The translations under genes were made by a program, and so were the position numbers. A DNA stretch of 64,000 nucleotides from Ptychomitrium polyphyllum (Eukaryota), in contig OZ316776.1 of NCBI GenBank assembly GCA_973851085.1, positions 62,001 through 126,000 on the forward strand, in the 5' to 3' direction. This document shows, piece after piece, positions 33,994-46,562 of the stretch (positions are counted from its first letter, which is position 1; each line of letters starts with the position of its first letter). A model generated the notes under the pieces. It saw nothing but the letters and a program-made list of their open reading frames with translations. It did not search any database and was not told the origin of the DNA.

Positions 33994-36255
33994 ATGGCGT
34001 TGACGTTCGCGTGGGAGTGGATGACGGATGCACTCCTTTGGAAGCCGTACCACCCCACCGTTTCCCAACTCATTGAGACCTCGTTCCAAGCGCACCACCC
34101 GTCCGTCGACTTGTGCATTGCAGCCCCTTTCCCCCCTGCCCCGACGCACACTATCACCTTCCAGTTGCAGTCCCCCTGCCAGGTACCCACGTTGTTCTTT
34201 CTTTCTCCCCTCCTTATTCCGTCGGCTACACCTCCGATCTGTTCGGGGTGCGGATTTTGGGTCTAGTCTGGCCATGGATTCTGTATTTTTAATCACCTCA
34301 GATGGATTGTTTTAACCCTCGTTACTAGATTGTCGGGATAGTGCTCTACTTCACCTCTGAGGTTCTAGATTTTCTGATGAGCGGAAGTCGTGAGGTGGGT
34401 GTTATCACGCTTTTATATGTTTTTTCCCCAAGAGAAGTACGAATTTTGTCATTAGATTCGTTTTCGTTTTCCTTTTCTGTGAAAGGACGTAACCACCCTA
34501 ATAATTTGGGAGAACGGCATTCTTTTCGTGCAATATGTTTAATTACGTGTTGTTCTGCGACGAGTTGACCTTTCACCTGGGTGCGCGTGATAGACGACTT
34601 GGGGTTCTGGACGCTCAAGGCCAGTGAGAAGGAACGTGGATTCTCAAACAGGGATCGTGGAGTGGCAATGGTGGGAGGACGTGTCTTTGCAATGGCGTCC
34701 TTACGATGTGTCAATCAGTTCTCAGATTGAGAGTGCGTGGGGCCAGTGTCATAGCAGTGGTAATGCGTATTTCCAGGCTTCTGCGCCTGGCGGAGTTTCC
34801 GTTCGCATTCATCATCGCAAATATACTATTGAGTTTGAGGCGGATGCAGTACAGAAGAACATCTTTTCTCAATTCTCCCGCAAAGTTCGAAGGCGGTTAG
34901 TCTCACCAGGGACAGGCGTGGGTGCATCAGCGGCAGATGTGGTTGGACCGGCTGCTTCATCTAGTGCTCCTCATGCCTCCCTTTCTCAACAAGTGATATC
35001 AGTACCACCTCCATCGGTCGCAGCAGGGACAGTTTCTCTCTCTTACGATGCAAATGATCTACAGCCATACGTGGAGATCTCAGATGACAACGATTGCCCC
35101 ATTTGTGTGATGAGTTTACGGGAGAAGGATGCGGTGATGCTGGCTAAATGCCGACATATTTTCTGCAAGGATTGTATAATGCGCTGGTTTGAGACTCGGC
35201 CTACTTGTCCAGTATGTACGATGGCATATGGCGTCATAACTGGAATTCAGCCAAATGGAACAATGAGCGTGCGTACTATTCCTGCTGGTAGTCCTGAGTT
35301 TGGAAGTGGCCTTGAAGGCTTCCCCAACGTTGATATCATTCAAATACACTACAACTTTCCAAGTGGGATACAAGTGAGTTTTCTACTCCTGCTTACGCAA
35401 TTGTATTGGTTTTACTGGTCTGAATAATTGTTTTTTCTCTTGAAATATTGAACCTGTGACTCTAGCTTAGTTCAGAGTGAAAGTACCCCGGATCCAAGTT
35501 AGGTTGCTGTTGTATTTTAAGAGGTTTGTGTGGACAGGGTCCTGAGCATCCAAGTCCAGGACGACGTTACACGGGCACGAGGCGAATTGCATACCTGCCT
35601 TTAACCAAAGAAGGGGAAGATGTGCTTAGCCTTTTGAAGACAGCTTGGGATCGTAGATTGCTGTTCAGCATTGGTACTTCTATTACAACAGGACAACGAG
35701 ATGTTGTTACGTAAGTTTTCCTACTTGTCACTTGTATGTCTGTTTCTTCAACGTTATAAGTTGGCCATGTTGTTGTTAGAACGGAATTCAAGTCTTGTGT
35801 TGTAGTCACCCCCAATAGGATAGTGCACATCGAAACGATAGAGCATGACCGAGGGCATCATTTCGGAAATAAGATTGAATCTCTTTGCTTTATGTTATTC
35901 AGTGTTGTCATTTCTATGTTGATCATATTCACAAGAACTTGTTCTGTGGTTTTCGGTGCAGATGGTCAGGGGTGCATCACAAGACCAATACATGGGGTGG
36001 ACCTACCAACTTTGGTTATGTGAGTGCTTTGCAAGCTATGTTGGATTTACTCCAAACTAAGATTGTTTTCTACTACCAAATTTTTCTTGTTTCACTAAAG
36101 TATGTATTCTGTATGTATCGGTTAGGTCACACTTTTTGTTGCGATTCATGACTCAATGCTTACTAACGTTATCTTAAATTTTTTGGACCATGCAGCCTGA
36201 CGCGACATACTTTGCTCGAGTCAAGGCGGAACTTGCTGAAAAGGGCGTGAGATAA
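33994..36255 (+). CDS. Deltex-like E3 ubiquitin ligase: tandem WWE + C3HC4 RING + Deltex C-terminal (DTC) domain, 5 exons
   Basis: Phase-consistent GT-AG exons 33994-34182, 34594-35373, 35538-35710, 35962-36019, 36196-36255. WWE1 WEW..WKPY..SQLIE..RPVRR; WWE2 [93 protein letters not shown]. Confidence 0.9.
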
Positions 36256-37624
36256 AATAATCTTCTCGAACAAGCAAATTGTAGACGGAGCTTTCAGTTT
36301 AAGCACTAGGGTCGAATGTTAAAACACTCTCGGATCCTTCTGCAAGAATATCAATGTTCATGCAATCTGTAAATATTGAGCCTGGTCTTACTGTCGATAG
36401 GGATTTGGAGTTTTTGAAGGTGAGATCAGTAGTATCAGCAATTCGTAGAAATGATTTTATTAGAACTTTGCCTACAGATACACTGCATAAAACGTGACAA
36501 CGTCAATTGTCACTAATTTTGGCATGTAGCACTGCTTCGGTGCACCGGTGATTGACGAGCGGAGGATCAGATACAGGAGGCCAGTAAGGGATGGAGTGGG
36601 TCATCAATGCATTAGACGACACTGTTAAGTCCTGTTTACGGCAAGAGTTCATTGTACCAGTAGAGCTGCTTTGATTAGACTTATGTAAATTATTTTTGGA
36701 CACCAGTAAAAAGTTACTAGAATAAATCCTCTACTCCTAATCAACCTGTATTTAAGAGCAGTTTTTGGCGTTGAGACAATATAACTGCTACGGCATCTGT
36801 TACTAGAGCTAACAGGATCAAGACATAGTGAGACAATGTCCTTGTATATCATGTGTAAATAATCATGTGGTATGAGTCAAGTCTTTAGATCTCTTATTAT
36901 TTAGGTTACCAAGTCACTACCAAATGCTTGAAGGCCCACTGTCCAAGCATATAAGTTATAGAATGATCACTTGAAGGGGGAATATTAACGGTTGTACAAT
37001 TCTTAAAAAGAATGTTTATTATAGCTACCTCTGATCAATTCATTCTTTTGGAGTTGAATGAATTCATCTCCCTACTTCTTCATGCTCTATCTTCTGGAAG
37101 GACATCCCTACTTTATTAAAAGTACTTTAAAAGGTGAGCATGGGCTGTACAGTGCAAATCCAGCCCCTGAACGGTGGTTGCTAGGGCTCCTCCTAGGCTA
37201 GCTTCACCTGTAGACTATAACTTCTATAATATCCAGTTCTCACTTTACAAAATGTTATAAAATATCCATAACCTTCCTCAAGAATAGAGGAAAAAAAATT
37301 AAAAATGTAGAATGTTTCAAATTAAATGCACTAAAGTACAATTCCTAAAAGTGACCATCATTTTTATTGTGGATACTTCCAATATAGAATTGTGTGTGTT
37401 TTTTTTTTGAAAAATGTATTATGCATTTTTTAGGAATTTAAAACCCTTTTACTATTGGCCATAAGTTACTTTATGATTGAAACACAAATGAACTCAAAAT
37501 AAAACTATTTACAGACTAAAGCTAGCATAATTACTTCCATTGTGTTTGATTGATTTTTAAAATATAAGTGGTGAATCCATAAAAAAACAAAATTGAACAA
37601 TTATATCATTCATAACTTGGGGTA

Positions 37625-37854
37625 TGATATCAAAATGAATAAAACTGCATGAAAATGATGCACATTAAAACGGCATCAAAATGTCATCAAGTAAGCTATA
37701 TTAAATGACATATATTAAATGACATATATTGATATCACTTTAATGTCATTTCACGTCATTTTGGCACTATTTCAATTTATGTCATTTTGATATTAAGATG
37801 ACATCTGAATGACATGTAAATGATATGTTATCTATTGATGTCATTTTGACATCA
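37625..37854. repeat. Fold-back / MITE-like segment rich in ATGACAT/ATGTCAT motifs
   Basis: Ends tgatatcaaaatga and tcattttgacatca are inverted repeats with one mismatch; many internal motif copies in both orientations. Confidence 0.4.
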
Positions 37855-38557
37855 CAATTATTTTCTCCATCACTTTAGAGGTTTTCTGATGATGTGGTTT
37901 GAAGTGGGAGGAGCTAAAAACTTAGATTGGTGGATTGGCTCCATCCAGAGTCATCGTTCTCAACCGAAGAAGGTAGACAATGGAATAATACATTTGCTTC
38001 ATTACACAAGTACACTGTTGAGATTGTCTTCCCAAAAACGATGAATGGGCATACCATCTAGGGCATCATGGCAATTCAATAATGACAAACCAAAGTTACA
38101 CACAAACCCGTCATAAAGCTTATCTATCAGAGCTCCTATTCTGCTTACCAGATTATGCTACGTTGGTCCACTTTTCCAAGTATGGTAGTTACAGCAGGAG
38201 CCAGCATATGAAAGGACTCTTTTCTGGTATAAGACCAGATTCCTCATCTTATCCATAAAAGTAGCTTGTGATCTAAGATGAACCCGTCATTCATGATTTC
38301 CTTGTCATACATGTCTAAACACTTCTACTATTAACGCCATCTTAGAAGCACTGGTAAGGTCACAGATGTCTTCACCCTATATAGACGCCACTCAGAAAAA
38401 CCTCTCTGAGGATAGGTAATCAAATCTTCCTCCGCATTAACACAGACTATTGATTAGGAATACCACTTTCAGAACACCCCTCCAATATAGTCCCAAAGTA
38501 TTCTCTCTTCATCATACCTACCTAAGAAAATCTGCGGCGGTTGTAGAAATTTCATCA

Positions 38558-41002
38558 CTATGACAAATATTTGGATAGAATGGCTTGAACATCCTTCTGC
38601 ACCTCTACATGCTTAAGCGGTTTGCCACCGTTCACTAATCCTGAAGAGGAAGGTTGCTCACGTAAAAGAAGCTGTGCCTTATCATGCAATCCTGCAGCTT
38701 GAAGACCTCTAGTCAACACTCGCAGAGTGACTCTGGACGCAACAATTCCATCCGACCTCATAGCTTCATATAACTCCAAGGCCCTTTCTACATCCTTCTT
38801 CCTCAGAAAGGCCTGAATAAGAACTGTATATGTTACCGCACTAGGAGTGATTCCAAGAGATAGAAGTCTCTCGAACAACGTATTTGCAGCATTCACTTTC
38901 CCAGATCTTGACAGGCTCTGAATTATTATTGTGTATGTATGCATGCTAGGCTTGCAATTGGCTTTGACCATCTCCCCATACATCTTCATAGCTTGACCAT
39001 GATTGCGTGTTCTTGATAACAAGTCAATGAGCATGGTGTAAGTATAAGCATTTGGCTTATGTCCATGTTCCTGCATATTTTCAAGTATCTGGATACAAAT
39101 CAGCCCAACAAAATCCATATTAGTCACAATACTATACTCACACTCAGATGCTAAACCTTTTAAAGCACAGGCGTTCTCATATAATTCAGGTAAGGTACAA
39201 ACAAAAGCTGTCTGTATCAATTATCACCTAGAAAACAAAGTACACAGCAGTATGTATTTGCATGATCTTAAACGTACAACTGACACGTTCAAAAAGTTGT
39301 AATGGAAAAGGGAGGATCTGGAGTCCACCTCAAGAGCTGCATCAGTTTGCTTGGACGTACAATAACTGTGTATCAAAGTATTGTACATAATTGCATTAGC
39401 CGCTTTAGCTGCCTCTGCATCTGCAAGTACCTCCAGCTGCATATCCACGTGACCAGCCTTTCCAAGAATATCCATCACCTTAGCAAGCACGTATTTAGAA
39501 GGTTCGTGCGCTTCATGGCTTCTCAGCCATTTAAAAAATCGCCACACCACTTCGGGACAACCGCTCAAATTTGTGAACACGTTCGACAGGTATTGACTTG
39601 GTAAGTTTGGTGTCAGTGTTTTCAATGCTCTTTCCGTTTCAGATCCCCAACGTATCAATAACTCAGCGAGTGTCACGGGACTCGGTGGATTCCCACGAAC
39701 GCCATCTGTTTTGGACTTAAGTTTATCAATCCTTGCCCCCACCGTCGTACACATTTGAGTGAGCTCAGCCACATCAATTGCTCGACCTTTAAGCGTCAAT
39801 GCTTTGAACAAAAGCGAACGCAATGCATGGGAAGGTACAAACCCAGTGTCCGTCATCCTTTTAAAGAAATACACAGCTTTCTCTAAATCACCTGATTTCT
39901 CATGGGCAGTCACCAGAATCGTATAAGTGACAAAATTAGGTCGCTGTTGAAGCTCAAGTAACTTATTGAACATCTTACAGGCACCATCAAGCTTGCCAGC
40001 TTCCACAAGGAAATGAATGAGTACGTTGTAAGTGAACATGTTTGGTTGACACTCTGATTCTTGCATCTCCTTAAAAACCTCCAAAGCTTCCTGATGGTAG
40101 CCACCCTTGGCAAGCGCATCAATATAGGTCGTGTATGTGTACTCGTTGGGTCGACATCCCTCTCTCTTCATGTGCCCCCACACTCGACGAACACCTGCCA
40201 AATTCTTTGCTTTTCGATACCAGTGCATGAGCGACGAGAATGTCACAATACTCATTCCACAACCAACCTCGCACATCTTACCCAGGACTTCTTCGATGGC
40301 TTCGAAATTCTTCGCTCTGCCATAATGATCAATCAAAGCTGTATACGTGTACATATTGTGCTGGTAACCTCTCTTCGATGTGGACCAATTGAAAAATTTC
40401 CTTGCAGCTTTTGAATTTGGCATCTTCTTCAGCACCAGGCAGACAACCACTGGCTTCAACTCGACCTAAAATAACCACAAGTCCCACTTTGATTACCGAA
40501 TCACAAGCAAGAGTTTACACTGCATTCTTGCAACGCAAAACATTCCAACAGGAGTAGTGTCGTATGGTCCTCAAATTAAATTAGGCAATCGGCTTCGCTA
40601 GGCTTCTTAAAGGAGTGTACACCGAAAACACAACAAGATTGAAACCAACAATCAAGAAAATCAGGCATAACAAAAGAATAGCACCCAACTGGTTACACTA
40701 ACCTGCAAAGCATCGAGAAGCTGAGGCGTCTTTGGACCCCACTCCTGAAGTAGCTCTTCAAATTGCCCAACAATTACAGCATGACCTTTGCTCTTGTGTT
40801 TATCACTGCTCCCATAACTGGCATTGTGAGCACCATTGCCTGAAGAGTTGTGAGGATTTGTAGTCCTGGACGCTGAGACCGTACTCTTAAATCGTAACCC
40901 ATACTGGCTACCACCTCCTCCAGCCCGGGGGCAATCCACCAAGACCTCTACGAGCCGTGAGTAGGTTTGTCTAAGGCAAACCTGTATGCCTGCCAACCGC
41001 AT
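38558..41002 (-). CDS. P-class pentatricopeptide repeat (PPR) protein, 3 exons, probably organelle-targeted
   Basis: Exons 41002-40703, 40465-39329 and 39088-38558, all phase 0 (~655 aa). Repeated 35-aa motifs (YTYTALIDHYGR, YTYTTYIDALAK, FTYNVLIHFLVE, YTYTMLIDLLSR); Arg/Ser-rich N-terminus. Confidence 0.93.
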
Positions 41003-42143
41003 GACTGTTGATCTTCTTCTCCTGGTCAGCTCACGTCAACAGGTGGACAAAGCTTCGGTCGTGACAAAGTCTCGAGAGGGAAGCCTAGAAACATAACCAG
41101 AAGCCATCTGCTGTACCTAACCATAGTATGGGCACTCCATAGGCTTGCAAGAGCTTCCCGCGCAGATTTCAAAATCGGTTCAACCAACTACAATACAATT
41201 CACCATCAAAATCAACTTTTCAAGTGAGGCAAAAAGAAGAGGAGATGAAGGAGCAGATACAAGGTGATGCCATCCTAACTTGTTCACCATGCAATTAAAC
41301 GCCACCAAAAAGTTGAGAATGTCGAGGGCCACCGAAAATGCTCACGTACGACCTCTTCTCCAGGTCAGACCGCACGAGTCGAATCTAAAGACAAGAGAAT
41401 CGGCGAGAGACGACAAACGTTGGGCTAAAGAACTTCAAATGACAGAGTCCAAAATTAATGCAAAACAAAGGAGCTGAAGCTCGACCATCAGTGCGTAATT
41501 TGTTCCAAACAACTAAGCTAGGGGAGACACGGCTAACGATTGAAGATTTACGAGCAGTTTAAGAGACGGTAGGCACATCTTTAACAATTTTCCAACCCAC
41601 ATTGAGGGTGGCAACATTCGAGGAGATAGTAATCGGATGCAGGAACACTCGCTCATGCTTCGGAACACTGGCTCCGCAGAATTGCCACTCGCAAAACCTC
41701 TAGAAGCGCATTGATCACATAGGTAGTAAGGCCAGAAAGCTTGGGAGAAAACGACGCCCCGCAGATCAAAAACTGGATGATCAGTGCAAAGCAGGCAGAG
41801 AGAGAGGAAAAGCCTGTGCAGACACTGCAGGAGTTGCACAAGGCCTTCCACAAACCCTAAAAATCCCGACACGATGAACGATGAACAATGGTGCTGCAGC
41901 AATCCCAGATTGCGTAGAAAATGGTAGATTTCGGGAAGGGAATGGAGGTGTAAGGAAGGAGTACATCTCCACCCTCGGCCTGCCAGGACAGGGTCACAGC
42001 CTAGGCATCCGGGAAAGTGGGCGTGCTGTCTCACCTCAACGATTCCCCTATCAGCTTCTAACTTGAATCCTCTCGCTTCAAACCCACAAGTAATTTGCTC
42101 GATTCTACCCAGCAGCAGCAGCAGCAGCAGAGAGGGCTCAGAC

Positions 42144-44021
42144 ATGGGGTTGCAGGCTGCAGGGATTGAGCACGAGGGGCGAAGGGTGCTGTTGCGGAAT
42201 TGCAACATCATTAGCATGCACGAGGGGCTAGGTGAGTCCGCAGCAGGGCAGATGCAAGTGAAGTCGGGAATGCACGTCTTGATTCTAGGCAAACGGATAG
42301 CGTACGTGGGGCATGCTCCGCCCCCTGTCGTAGCGACGGAGACCATAGACATCCAGGGAGCCTATGTGATCCCCGGGCTGTGCGATGCGCATGTACATGT
42401 GACCGCCGTGTCTGCCAATCTGCACGACTTGCTGGTGCTGCCGTCCACCCTGGTGACGGCACGCGCGTCGGTCATCCTGGAGGACATGTTAATGCGCGGA
42501 TTCACCACCGTGCGGGATGCAGGGGGATGCGACTGGGGCCTGGCCAAGGTGTGTACTAGCACTGGCTTGGGCTCTATACTAGAGCTGAGTCGTGATCGTG
42601 TGTTGTGCTGCATGCTTAGAGTAAGCGTCCACTAATGAATGCGAGGGACAGGAATTTAACTATGCTGCTATACTATAGGCCGTGGAGGAAGGCACCATCC
42701 GAGGACCACGCGTACTATTTTGTGGGAGCGCCCTGTCGCAGACCGGCGGGCATGGCGACATGCGGGTGCTCGGGGAGGACAAGAAGCCCAGCTGCTGTCC
42801 GACGCTAGCACTGGGGCGAGTGTGCGACGGAGAGGACCAAGTGCGGGTGGCCGCCCGCGAGGAGCTGCGCAAAGGGGCGCACCACATCAAGATCATGGCC
42901 TCGGGGGGCGTGTCCTCCCCCACAGACCGCCTGGTCAATCTCCAGGTAGTGTTCTCGCCTCGTAAAATTCATAGCCCCTCCCTCTTGGCATTCTTCCATG
43001 TTTGCTGGTACTTCAACTCCGCCATGGCATGGGTCGCATTCTAATTCTTCACCGTGATTGGGCCCATGACTGTAGTTCTCCGCTGGAGAAATCGCAGCCA
43101 TCGTGGAGGAAGCTCATCATGCGGGCACCTACGTCTGTGCACATGCCTACACTGCCGCTGCTGTCAAGCGCTGCCTGGAGTTGGGCGTCCGCTCCATCGA
43201 ACACGGCAATGTAAGCTGTGTGTGTATCTCTCTTGCTCCTCCTTTTCGCATTGTCCTCCCTCTCATCCATGCCCACACGGACCCATCGTTTTACTTCTGG
43301 TTGCCTTATGGTCTCGTTTGTTCGTTCGTTCGTTCGTTCGTTCGTTCGTTCGTTCGTTCGTTCATTCATACGTTGCACATCGACATGGAGTGCAGCACAT
43401 CGACATGGAGTGCATCAATCTTCTGAAGCAAACTAGCTCCTTTTTGGTACCCACCCTGGTGACTTACGATTGCATCAAGCGCAGTGGCGAAGCATCTGGC
43501 ATGCCCCTGGATCAGATTACCAAGGTGACCGTTCTCCTGCATCCATCTCCATATTGTCATCGTGCTTGTTTTAATTCAAGCTGGCAGACCATCGAAATCT
43601 ATTTCTCTAAGTTACCATTATAAACGCCGTCGAGTTGCGTCCCCTCCTGTCTGTCTGACTGTCTGTGCAGGTTAGCGATCTTCTCGACAGAGGATTGGAA
43701 GCTTTAGCGTTGGCCGATAAGCACGGAGTGAACATATGTTTCGGAAGCGACTTGTTGGGGTCCATGCACAAGCACCAGCTTGAAGAATTCGTCATACGCT
43801 GCCGAGTTCAAAGCCCTGCGCATGTGCTCCGGTCCGCCACCACCACGTGCGCGCAGTTGTTCAACATGGAGGGCGACATCGGGATTGTGGCGTCAGGCGC
43901 CTACGCCGACCTCGTCGTTCTACGGACGAATCCTTTAACGGACAACTTCTTGTCCCTTTCTGATCCTTCCCACATTCTCATGGTCGTCAAGGAGGGTTCC
44001 ATTGTCAAAAGGTTGAACTAG
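42144..44021 (+). CDS. Metal-dependent amidohydrolase (Xaa-Pro dipeptidase/prolidase-like subgroup), 5 exons
   Basis: Exons 42144-42548, 42679-42945, 43076-43210, 43396-43524, 43671-44021. PGLCDAHVH, GFTTVRDAGG, IKIMASGGVSSPTD, CAHAYT, SIEHGN, GSDLLG and GAYADLVVL. Confidence 0.9.
43321..43363. repeat. (TTCG)n microsatellite in an amidohydrolase intron
   Basis: Read directly from the sequence. Confidence 0.95.
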
Positions 44022-44909
44022 TAAACTTGTCGAGATGAGTAAATCGACTATAATCCCATGTATTGTTTCCTATAAGGTTGTCGACCTGTAACCTTGATCA
44101 TCAGAAAAGCACATTGCTTCCTGTTGTGTTGCATCTATCACTGGGAGAAGATTGCGGATCTTGGGTTTCAAAGTTTCCGATGGACCCAACCTCGGTTATC
44201 TACGACGCTTGGCTTCGACTTCACAATGGTGGTAAACAGCAGTAGACAATAGTGATCCGTAACTAAATATCAATTTAACTTACCCATTGCACTCGATACG
44301 TTCTGCTGTCGAACGCGACCACATACAGAACTTAGGTCATTCAGACGAAAGGAGTCCTGAAAAACATTACCATTGAGCAATGAGAGAAGCCCGTCAACGA
44401 CCAAAGTAATGCTGGGCTAGTATACGTGCACCCCATGTCGAAAGAGCGAAGAGATTCAGACTCCGCACAAGCTCAACTTCTGTAGGCAACCGTAATGGTT
44501 CAAGTTCCAAAATGTGTTGGAGTTGGTAAGGAAAAGCTCCCCGTTGGAGGGCATAGATGGTGCATTTGGTACTATCCAACACTACGATGAATGAAGAGAA
44601 AGAGGGGGGATGGTCGCAAGCTGCGGGTCAGAAGCCTAGAAATGAAGTGCTCATGCATCTGGCAGCCACCTGCAACATGGCGCTACACTAGAGTCCCCTT
44701 TCAGAGAACACATGCGTAGCAGTAGTCGACTCTAAGTTGTCACTGTTGGCGGGGTCTGTCTGTCACCAACAACAGGTAGGCTTAGGGTTTCCAGAGGCTA
44801 GATTAATAAATTCCCATCCCCATTTTCGCTCTCTCTCTGCCCTTCGCCAACGCTTGTATGTACAATCCTCACTGGCTAATCTGCCAATGCATTCAGGCAG
44901 TCTACTACA

Positions 44910-46010
44910 CTACTTCTCAATGACAATTGCTGGCTCTGCGCGATCGATCTCTACCCTACGAAGCTGAGCCTTCTCATCACCAGCGCCTCCGGGTTCACCC
45001 ACCACCGGCAGAGGAGTCGGCTTGGGTGCGGCTTGTCGGTTGGGTTTCTTCGAGTTGAGGTAGGTCTTGATGTATAGAGCTCCAAACACCAAGCTGGTTC
45101 CGGCCCATTGCGGTGAGGTGGGAGGATGCCCAAAAAACACGCACGATAGCATAATGCTGACGAGCTGCCTGGTGGTCATAATCGTCGCAAATACAAGTGC
45201 CCCAAACGTCCTAATAGTGTGGGAAATAAAGAACTGGCTTGTGCTCGCCGCTGCAGAGAGCAGGGCAATGTCCAGAAGAGAATCAGGATGCCGAGATAGA
45301 AATTCCAATGCCGGTAGCCAGTGCCCTTGCGTGAAAAGGCCTGCCGTACTCAACACGCAGGAACATAGCGTCACATAGAGGATTTGATTATAGATTTCCA
45401 TGTTGTAGCCTTTAAACAACTTGTCCTGGAACGTGCTCGTGAATCCATCAAATCCCAGATACCCAGCGATGAGAAGCAATCCCCACAAACTATCGTCACC
45501 GGAGGATGGATGCCGAAGCACCGCCACTTGGGCGAGCTGCGCGGTGCCCGAAAGAAAGAACATGGTGCATCCGAGGGTTACAAAGAGCGCTACCAGGTAG
45601 TCGTAACAGGTGTACCACTTTTGCATAATGGCCGTCCCCCAAATCATGACCGGCACCATCTTAGCCGACTTGGAGAGCGTCTGCACAGGAAAGCTCACAT
45701 ACTTCAGGGCCTCATACTGGCAAGTGGTAGCTGCAACATTGGATAACGAGACGCCAGCATACTTGTACAAGGGCGCCACAGGCGCGATCTGACCGCCTCG
45801 CAGCATGAGGATGATAAGGCAAATGGTGCAGGTGAGCAGGCGGTTGCACAAAACGATGAAGAGCGGAAAGTTGAAGAATTCAGCATGGTCCTTGGCGCCG
45901 TAGGGCGCGCGCATGATCTTCTCCTGCATGAGGCCATAAATGACAAGCGTGGACATGACACCGCCCACGCAGAAGCCCAATTGAGCGACGCGGCTGTCGC
46001 GCAACGCCAT
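44910..46010 (-). CDS. UAA-family (SLC35B-like) nucleotide-sugar/PAPS transporter, intronless
   Basis: YGLMQEKIM, CQYEALKYVSFPVQTLSKSAKMVPVM, FDGFTSTFQDKLF and FGALVFATIMTTRQ; multiple TM segments. Confidence 0.92.
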   Translation of the reverse strand: MALRDSRVAQLGFCVGGVMSTLVIYGLMQEKIMRAPYGAKDHAEFFNFPLFIVLCNRLLTCTICLIILMLRGGQIAPVAPLYKYAGVSLSNVAATTCQYEALKYVSFPVQTLSKSAKMVPVMIWGTAIMQKWYTCYDYLVALFVTLGCTMFFLSGTAQLAQVAVLRHPSSGDDSLWGLLLIAGYLGFDGFTSTFQDKLFKGYNMEIYNQILYVTLCSCVLSTAGLFTQGHWLPALEFLSRHPDSLLDIALLSAAASTSQFFISHTIRTFGALVFATIMTTRQLVSIMLSCVFFGHPPTSPQWAGTSLVFGALYIKTYLNSKKPNRQAAPKPTPLPVVGEPGGAGDEKAQLRRVEIDRAEPAIVIEK

Positions 46011-46492
46011 GGTGTCAAAACCGAGGAAACGATGAACAAAGGGGCGGGAAAGGAAGGGGCGAGAAAAGAGAAGAGGAGAGAGAAAGGGGAGCGGGGGTTA
46101 GGGGTTAGGGGATGATGGAGGCACGGAAGAAAGGAGACAGGAGATGCACGAGGACGCGTAGCGCTGCGTGGTCATGGCTGCGGAGGTGGCGGGGGACAAT
46201 CACTTAGTCTGACGAGGGTACGAGAATCACAGGGCCTGCCTCCAAGAATCCGATCCCCACAACTCAGTCCCTCACTCCTCCCGCACTTGACGCTGAGGAA
46301 GGAGAAGAAATAGAAAAGCCTGGCACACAGGACACAAGGTATCGTCGTCATGCCAGTAGAGTCGGGACTCAGGATGGATGACAGTCCTATCACTCTCGGC
46401 AACTTTGTTGAGTTAGTAACTTCTCTAAATTACTTAATTATTATGACAAACCTGAATGTAGCGATGGCGGTGGGTGGGGCACTGCGGTGGTG

Positions 46493-46500
<8 letters not shown>

Positions 46501-46556
<56 letters not shown>
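46501..46556. repeat. (CT)n microsatellite between the transporter and the gar2-related gene
   Basis: Read directly from the sequence. Confidence 0.95.

Positions 46557-46562
<6 letters not shown>

Noticed and set aside
41513..42352. 279-aa minus-strand ORF
   Set aside because: Antisense to amidohydrolase exon 1 and its promoter; no recognisable domain.
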